The notes under the pieces were generated by a model. That model saw only the letters and a program-made list of their open reading frames with translations, did not search any database and was not told where the DNA came from. A stretch of DNA of 49,812 bases from a virus (Duplodnaviria; Caudoviricetes): the IMG/VR virus record IMGVR_UViG_3300018476_000001, positions 1-49,812 of that record; one strand, given 5' to 3'. Within the stretch, counting starts at the first letter, position 1. Every line of letters starts with the position of its first letter. Below, piece after piece: positions 45,244 through 49,812 of this stretch. The position numbers and the translations under genes are program-made.

Positions 45244-45378
45244 ATGAACGACAAACGCAAAGACGAGGACAGGGGGCGCCCGCCCACCGCAGAGCCGCTG
45301 GATGGCGGCGGCACTGGCAACCCGCCGGCACCACCGCCGCCTCCCCCGCCCCCAACTCCTCGCGATCCCGACGAGTAA
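45244..45378 (+). CDS. Small Pro-rich protein (44 aa)
   Basis: AGGAG RBS; MNDKRKDEDRGRPP... Confidence 0.5.
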   Translation: MNDKRKDEDRGRPPTAEPLDGGGTGNPPAPPPPPPPPTPRDPDE

Positions 45379-45906
45379 ATGTCGCTTCCCGCATTCGTCA
45401 TGTGGGCGGTCGTGGCGGGGATCGGTTTCCCCGCCGCGTTCCGTTTCCGGAAGAGAGGCTTCATCGTGCATGTCCGCAACCGGACTGCGCTCGCGCTATG
45501 CGTGGCATGGCTGTGCGGGGAGCTGATATGGAGAATGACGGGCGAGAACCTGCCCATCACGCTCTATTTCATACTCGACTATTTCGTCCTGCTGGTGATC
45601 TTCACCAAGCCCGAACTCCGCGATCTCTCGCCGTACCGCACCTTCGCCGACCAGATGAAGGCGCTGGTGAAAGAGCGATCGAAAGAGGACGTGTTTATCG
45701 CCTGCATCTTCCCCGTGATGTGGGCCGTCTACGTGGCGAACATTGGGGACTTCTATCGTTGGTGGATGCTGTGGGGCCTCGTCCAGCTTCAATTCTACGC
45801 GGCCGGTTGGGAGGCGTGGGGCCTCTGGCGAGCGGCGCGCGCGGAAAAGGCGCTCGATAACAAACCTCCCGGCCTTTTCAAGCTGGGGATGGCAGGCCAT
45901 GGGTGA
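45379..45906 (+). CDS. Multi-pass membrane protein
   Basis: Several hydrophobic segments. Confidence 0.75.
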   Translation: MSLPAFVMWAVVAGIGFPAAFRFRKRGFIVHVRNRTALALCVAWLCGELIWRMTGENLPITLYFILDYFVLLVIFTKPELRDLSPYRTFADQMKALVKERSKEDVFIACIFPVMWAVYVANIGDFYRWWMLWGLVQLQFYAAGWEAWGLWRAARAEKALDNKPPGLFKLGMAGHG

Positions 45907-46324
45907 TGGAATCGCGCTCTCCGAAATCGGCTCGCCTTCGTCGATTGCCTCCTTCTTCATCCTTGCGGCATGGGCGATTCGAACTTGGCCTTATTGGAAA
46001 ATGCGGATCAACGAAGCGCGCAAGATACAGCTTGATGCGGACGGTGAGCGACTGGCGCAGGCTTTCGCGCGCATCCGCGATTTGGAGGAAGCGCAAAGCG
46101 CCGACCGCCGCGAGTTCAGCAAGGCTATGTCGGACGAGCGCAAGCGCTGCGACCTTGAGCTTGATGATATCCGCAAGCGCCTCTCCGCAGCGGAGGATGA
46201 GAACCGAGGGCTTCAGGCGATGATCCGGCAGAACAGCTCTTCGACCGCCGTGATGATGGGGCGGCCCGGCGCCGTCGCGGAGAGCGCAGCGGCACGACGG
46301 AAGCGAGACTCGTCCGATGGCTGA
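45899..46324 (+). CDS. TM plus coiled-coil protein (lysis region)
   Basis: N-terminal hydrophobic segment followed by heptad-rich region. Confidence 0.7.
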   Translation: MGDGIALSEIGSPSSIASFFILAAWAIRTWPYWKMRINEARKIQLDADGERLAQAFARIRDLEEAQSADRREFSKAMSDERKRCDLELDDIRKRLSAAEDENRGLQAMIRQNSSSTAVMMGRPGAVAESAAARRKRDSSDG

Positions 46325-46580
46325 GGGCAATTCGAAGGGCTGGTCCTTCGACGCTTTCGAGACATGGGTAAAGTCTGAGCTGATCGGATACAACCGGGCT
46401 ATCGATGCCGCCCTTGTCGCGAGGAAAGAAGAGGCGCTGCACCATAACGGCCTGATCGACCAGATGAAGGATCAGCAGAGCAAGTTCGTGACGCGCGGGC
46501 AACTGGCGGCGGTCATCATCGCGGCCGTAGGAGGGGTTGGAACGCTGATCGGAGTTCTCAATTACCTGGGAAGCATTTGA
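46317..46580 (+). CDS. Small protein with C-terminal TM
   Basis: LAAVIIAAVGGVGTLIGVL. Confidence 0.65.
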   Translation: MAEGNSKGWSFDAFETWVKSELIGYNRAIDAALVARKEEALHHNGLIDQMKDQQSKFVTRGQLAAVIIAAVGGVGTLIGVLNYLGSI

Positions 46581-46867
46581 TGCTTGCACTCATCGGCAGG
46601 ATCAGCGAACGCGGCTGGCTGGTCATCCTCGCCACCGCGATGTTCGCCTACATCATCTCGCTCGTCGCGTTCGTGCCCGGTCTGGACGATTCGCAGCTCT
46701 TCACCGCGCTTGCTTCGGGCGTAGGCGGCGCCGTCTTTCGCGACGTGATCGGCATGTGGACCTCTTCCACGAAAGCAGGGGCCGAGCTGGCAGACAAGGC
46801 GATCAGCACGCTCCAGAACCAAACGAGCAGCACGAGTGCGGGCAATTCGGGAGAAGCAAAGCCATGA
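46577..46867 (+). CDS. Putative holin
   Basis: Two TM segments, tandem Met start, polar tail; upstream of spanins. Confidence 0.6.
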   Translation: MMLALIGRISERGWLVILATAMFAYIISLVAFVPGLDDSQLFTALASGVGGAVFRDVIGMWTSSTKAGAELADKAISTLQNQTSSTSAGNSGEAKP

Positions 46868-47259
46868 TCGTCGCTTTCCTCACCCGCTACTGGCCACAGC
46901 TCGGCATCCTCGCCGCCCTTGTCCTCGGACTATGGTACGTCGACCATCGCGGCTACCAGCGCGCCAAGGGGCATTACGAGGCCGCCGAGGCGAAGGCGCA
47001 GGCGAGGGCCGAAGCGCTGGCACGCCGCCTCGAGCAAGTCATGACGGCCAAGCTCGCTGAGCTGGACACGCGCACGGCCGAGCGCCTTTCCCAAATCGAC
47101 GTCGAGGAGCGGACCATCGTCCAGCCTGTAATCACTCGGGAGATTCGAAATGATCCGCGGCTTTCCAATCCTGCTGCTGGCATCTCTAACGGCGTGCGAG
47201 ACGCCCTCAATTCTGCGCGCGGCGCGTCCAACAATCCCCCCGCTCCCCGCCAGCGTTAG
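46864..47259 (+). CDS. Inner-membrane spanin (Rz-like)
   Basis: N-terminal TM plus coiled coil; overlapped by a lipoprotein ORF. Confidence 0.75.
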   Translation: MIVAFLTRYWPQLGILAALVLGLWYVDHRGYQRAKGHYEAAEAKAQARAEALARRLEQVMTAKLAELDTRTAERLSQIDVEERTIVQPVITREIRNDPRLSNPAAGISNGVRDALNSARGASNNPPAPRQR

Positions 47260-47329
47260 GGAGGAGTGCCCACCGGCGGCGCAGATCAAGGGCAATGAAG
47301 GGTCGAGATGCCGTCACAACCGCCCTTAA
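47150..47329 (+). CDS. Outer-membrane spanin lipoprotein (Rz1-like, not in ORF track)
   Basis: MIRGFPILLLASLTAC lipobox, Pro-rich; +1 frame overlap with Rz. Confidence 0.75.
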   Translation: MIRGFPILLLASLTACETPSILRAARPTIPPLPASVREECPPAAQIKGNEGSRCRHNRP

Positions 47330-47882
47330 GGCGATGAGTAAGCCTGTCGACTTGGAAGCAAAAGATGCCATCGCAACCTATGTCAACAACCTTTGGAACG
47401 AGAACGACCGGGGCGTCATCATCCTCAATGGGAGCGCCATCGAGGAAATCCTGGAAGACCAGATTAGGAGGCTCATGCCTCAACTCAATAGCGACGAGCG
47501 CTCCTACCTCTTCGACTTCAATGGTCCAATTGGCACTTTCTCATCTAAAATCCGGATGGCGAACGCGCTGGGGATTATAAGCCGTCAGATCTATCGCAAA
47601 ATCGACCTCGTACGTGAGATGCGAAACACGTGCGCTCACGCCCGACAACCTATCTCGTTTCAAGCAGAACCAATTTTCGATGCGGTAGTTTGTTTGGTCC
47701 ACGATCTTAGGTTTACGCTCCCGAAGCCGGACGACAATGACGGCATCCGAAAGACGTTCATGGTCGCCTGTCTCTTCCTGATGATGGTGTCGCTCGGAAT
47801 GCCCCTAGAGGATGCACACAGCATCCTTCGGAAGGGCATCGCTAAGCACAAGCCCGCATCGCCAGATACACCTGCCGAATGA
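47295..47882 (+). CDS. MtlR-like / HEPN-type moron protein
   Basis: DRGVII...GPIGTFSSKI...LGII...REMRNTCAH (RxxxxH); visibly more AT-rich. Confidence 0.7.
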   Translation: MKGRDAVTTALKAMSKPVDLEAKDAIATYVNNLWNENDRGVIILNGSAIEEILEDQIRRLMPQLNSDERSYLFDFNGPIGTFSSKIRMANALGIISRQIYRKIDLVREMRNTCAHARQPISFQAEPIFDAVVCLVHDLRFTLPKPDDNDGIRKTFMVACLFLMMVSLGMPLEDAHSILRKGIAKHKPASPDTPAE

Positions 47883-48090
47883 TCATTTCAGGCGAGTCCT
47901 CACCGGGATGGAATAGCGAGTAGGTGCTTAGCCCCGCCTCGATCATCTCCTCAGTGATTTCTCGTTCTAGCGCCGGCCCGTCGCCTTCGCCTATCTGGTT
48001 TTCGTCATGGTACGTCAAGTGGGGTATCCCCCTCGCGATAGTCGATTGAAGCCTTTGGTGGAGACGATTTATCGGCTCCATGCGTAGCAC
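47842..48090 (-). CDS. Hypothetical protein
   Basis: EITEEMIEAG motif; end of the left operon. Confidence 0.55.
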   Translation of the reverse strand: MLRMEPINRLHQRLQSTIARGIPHLTYHDENQIGEGDGPALEREITEEMIEAGLSTYSLFHPGEDSPEMIIRQVYLAMRACA

Positions 48091-48136
48091 GAAAGCGACG
48101 GTTTGCGCAGCAAAATCGCCCTCACTCCGGAGTAGG

Positions 48137-48388
48137 TCAGTTGCTATCTGGCTGGCGGGCAGCGTCGATCATTTCTTGCCAACAGTTAGTAAGCATCTCG
48201 TCGCCGTGCCCGTGATAGCGGTGTCCTGCGTTCAGCATCGCCTCGGTCGGCTCGCGCAGCTCGTCAAGGATGGCGTCGGCTTTCGCCAGCAGGGGTTCCT
48301 GAGCTTCCTCGCGCCAGCTATCGAACTCGGCGCCTGCCCATTCTAGCCTTGCGAGTCGAGCGGCGATCCTCCAGCGCATCGTCTTCAT
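48137..48388 (-). CDS. Hypothetical protein
   Basis: LREPTEAMLNAG...WQEMIDAA phage motif; GGAGG RBS. Confidence 0.75.
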   Translation of the reverse strand: MKTMRWRIAARLARLEWAGAEFDSWREEAQEPLLAKADAILDELREPTEAMLNAGHRYHGHGDEMLTNCWQEMIDAARQPDSN

Positions 48389-48407
48389 CTACTGTTCCTC
48401 CGCTACC

Positions 48408-48860
48408 CTAGGGGTTGGGCGTCTCGGCGCTTGTCGCGCCGACCTGGCTCTCGTCTACGACCGCGCCACTCTTCGGTGTCGCGGCCCTACGGGCTTCGAT
48501 CCATGACGCAAGATCAGCCGCCCACGCTGCTTCTTGCGCGGTCACCCAAGCCTCGACCGCGTCCCAATCATGGTAGCCGGGCTCTCCATAGCGCTGCCCT
48601 TCGTTCAGAATGTCGTGGAGGGCGCCAGTGAGGTTATCGTGCCATTTGCCGGTCGGGCTCGAGCCCCAGTCAAATGCCGTGGCCTCTTCTGTCCCCCGCT
48701 GAGTGCCAGCGTAATAGATGTCCCGTATCCCGCCGTATGAGAGCGTCAACGCGTTAGGGATGCCACTCTGCGAAGACGCCGGAACGGCGGCTGAGGCCGA
48801 AGGCTGGCAGCCCGATGGCGCGTCAGCGCCGGAACGCCCATTCTCCAGCTCGTCAGCCAT
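48408..48860 (-). CDS. Hypothetical protein; both termini encoded by E17/E16
   Basis: Shares GRSGADAPSGCQPSASA...SSQSGIPNA and IEARRAAT..GAV.DES with 9920..10372 but has an unrelated core. Confidence 0.8.
   Translation of the reverse strand: MADELENGRSGADAPSGCQPSASAAVPASSQSGIPNALTLSYGGIRDIYYAGTQRGTEEATAFDWGSSPTGKWHDNLTGALHDILNEGQRYGEPGYHDWDAVEAWVTAQEAAWAADLASWIEARRAATPKSGAVVDESQVGATSAETPNP
48417..48510 (+). repeat. Structured element E16 (A)
   Basis: gggcgtctcggc...ccgcgccactcttcggtgtcgcgg...gcttcgatccatgacgca. Confidence 0.88.
48750..48839 (+). repeat. Structured element E17 (B)
   Basis: Near-identical to E11. Confidence 0.92.
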
Positions 48861-48897
48861 GTTACTCTCCCTCTCTATTTGAGTGGCCCGAAGGTGT

Positions 48898-48988
48898 GGG
48901 CGCCTCGGCTACGCCGACCGCGCTACCCTTGCTGCGCACGGAGCCCCGTTCCGGGTCTCCGCCCTTCGGGAGGGTATCGACTGGCGCG
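48898..48988 (+). repeat. Structured element E18 (A)
   Basis: TACCCT/AGGGTA stem; cggagccccgttccgggtctccg; ends atcgactggcgcg, 1 nt from the stop at 48990. Confidence 0.9.
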
Positions 48989-48989
48989 G

Positions 48990-49286
48990 TCATGCGATCC
49001 GCCAGCAACGAATGATCGAGCCGTCGATGATGCGGGTCGCGAACTTGGCTCCTGGCTTATAGCGGGTTGCCCAATACAGAGAATGAGACTTGATGTTGGT
49101 CTGCCGCCTGTCGGCATAGGAGGGGGCTGGAGCTACGCCTTGGTCGCGGGGCGCGTCGAAGCAGTCCCCTATGTCCATTTGATCGAACGGGTACATGCAA
49201 GGCTTGCCCCCGTAACGGCCGGGAGAGCCGCCGCGAGAAGGCGGGATTGGGATGCCCTTTTTGATGACGAAGCCGCCGGTCTTCAT
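48990..49286 (-). CDS. Small DNA-binding-like phage protein
   Basis: IKKGIPIP...YPFDQMDIGDCF...IRCWR. Confidence 0.75.
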   Translation of the reverse strand: MKTGGFVIKKGIPIPPSRGGSPGRYGGKPCMYPFDQMDIGDCFDAPRDQGVAPAPSYADRRQTNIKSHSLYWATRYKPGAKFATRIIDGSIIRCWRIA

Positions 49287-49504
49287 CGTTGGCCAGCGCC
49301 CCGCTGTTCAATAGTGTCGAAGTCTATCTCAATGCGAAAACCACCCGCGCTCCAGTCCACGACCGAAATTTTGGGACCGGGCACGCCAAGCGCCTTCTGG
49401 AGCATCGCATCTAGGCGTTTTGCTGCTTCGTCTGGAGTATACCAGTCGTCCGGATTTTCCTCCATTAGGCCGCGAATGTAATCAAAGTCGATTGGCTTAG
49501 GCAT
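49283..49504 (-). CDS. Hypothetical protein
   Basis: MPKPIDFD...; TGATG-coupled. Confidence 0.65.
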   Translation of the reverse strand: MPKPIDFDYIRGLMEENPDDWYTPDEAAKRLDAMLQKALGVPGPKISVVDWSAGGFRIEIDFDTIEQRGAGQR

Positions 49505-49812
49505 CAAATCCTCTCCCAAATGCTGTCATCTTCGCTGATGGTATCGATGAGCCTGAAACCATCTGTTCCAGGCATTTCCGCATCAAGCGACAGAGGCCCG
49601 TACTTGGTCGGAAACATCTTCATTACGCGCTTCGTCATTTCCTTGGCCGGCAGCGTAAGGTTGTCCGGGTCGAAGTCGCCGCAGAGGATGCCAACCATAA
49701 TGTCCTGACAAATGTCGGCGCGCGTGTTCGGATCGAAATGGCGCGGAACCGCCGCGTTGACCCGCCTCAATAGGTCGTGTTCGGGCTTGCCGCCGTCATG
49801 GATTAGGAACGG
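49504..49812 (-). CDS. 3' part of the origin-spanning hypothetical protein
   Basis: In frame with 584..1 across the terminal overlap. Confidence 0.8.
   Translation of the reverse strand, partial: PFLIHDGGKPEHDLLRRVNAAVPRHFDPNTRADICQDIMVGILCGDFDPDNLTLPAKEMTKRVMKMFPTKYGPLSLDAEMPGTDGFRLIDTISEDDSIWERI
49709..49812 (+). repeat. Terminal direct repeat, copy 2
   Basis: Identical to 1-104. Confidence 0.97.

Larger units (their letters stand above)
1..49812. mobile_element. Complete temperate podovirus (BPP-1/T7-like virion module, lambdoid-like cI/cro switch), circular form
   Basis: Integrase with intact attP, repressor/cro, terminase, portal, capsid, tail tube, ejection proteins and spanins; no host housekeeping genes; terminal overlap. 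Confidence 0.93.

Overview
This window looks like a complete, circularised temperate podovirus genome of about 49,708 bp. Bases 1-104 repeat 49709-49812, and one ORF reads intact across the join. High GC, a GapR gene and the gene families point to an alphaproteobacterial host, possibly a sphingomonad (inference). Layout: a leftward early operon (GapR, recombination genes, Xis, tyrosine integrase, attP matching a tRNA 3' end, many small accessory genes) and a cI/cro switch with three 17-bp operators. A rightward early/replication operon follows (MT-A70 methylase, LexA-like and DnaA-C-like regulators, Hjc-like resolvase, replication initiator), then BPP-1/T7-like virion genes, holin/spanins and morons. 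The standout feature is a family of 18 dispersed 76-98 bp structured elements, 9 in each orientation and confined to the early regions. They have divergent sequence but a conserved, covarying fold: a four-way junction, an invariant A.G mismatch and mostly c-GNA-g loops. They sit mainly as inverted pairs around gene cores, all lie within ORFs, and cores and flanks appear to have been exchanged at the inner CGCG end. This suggests a candidate ssDNA-structure-based gene-cassette shuffling system. A six-copy late-promoter motif (CGATTCAR-N16-NNTA), mostly 38-39 nt before ATG starts, is also present. All calls are by eye; no database searches were run.
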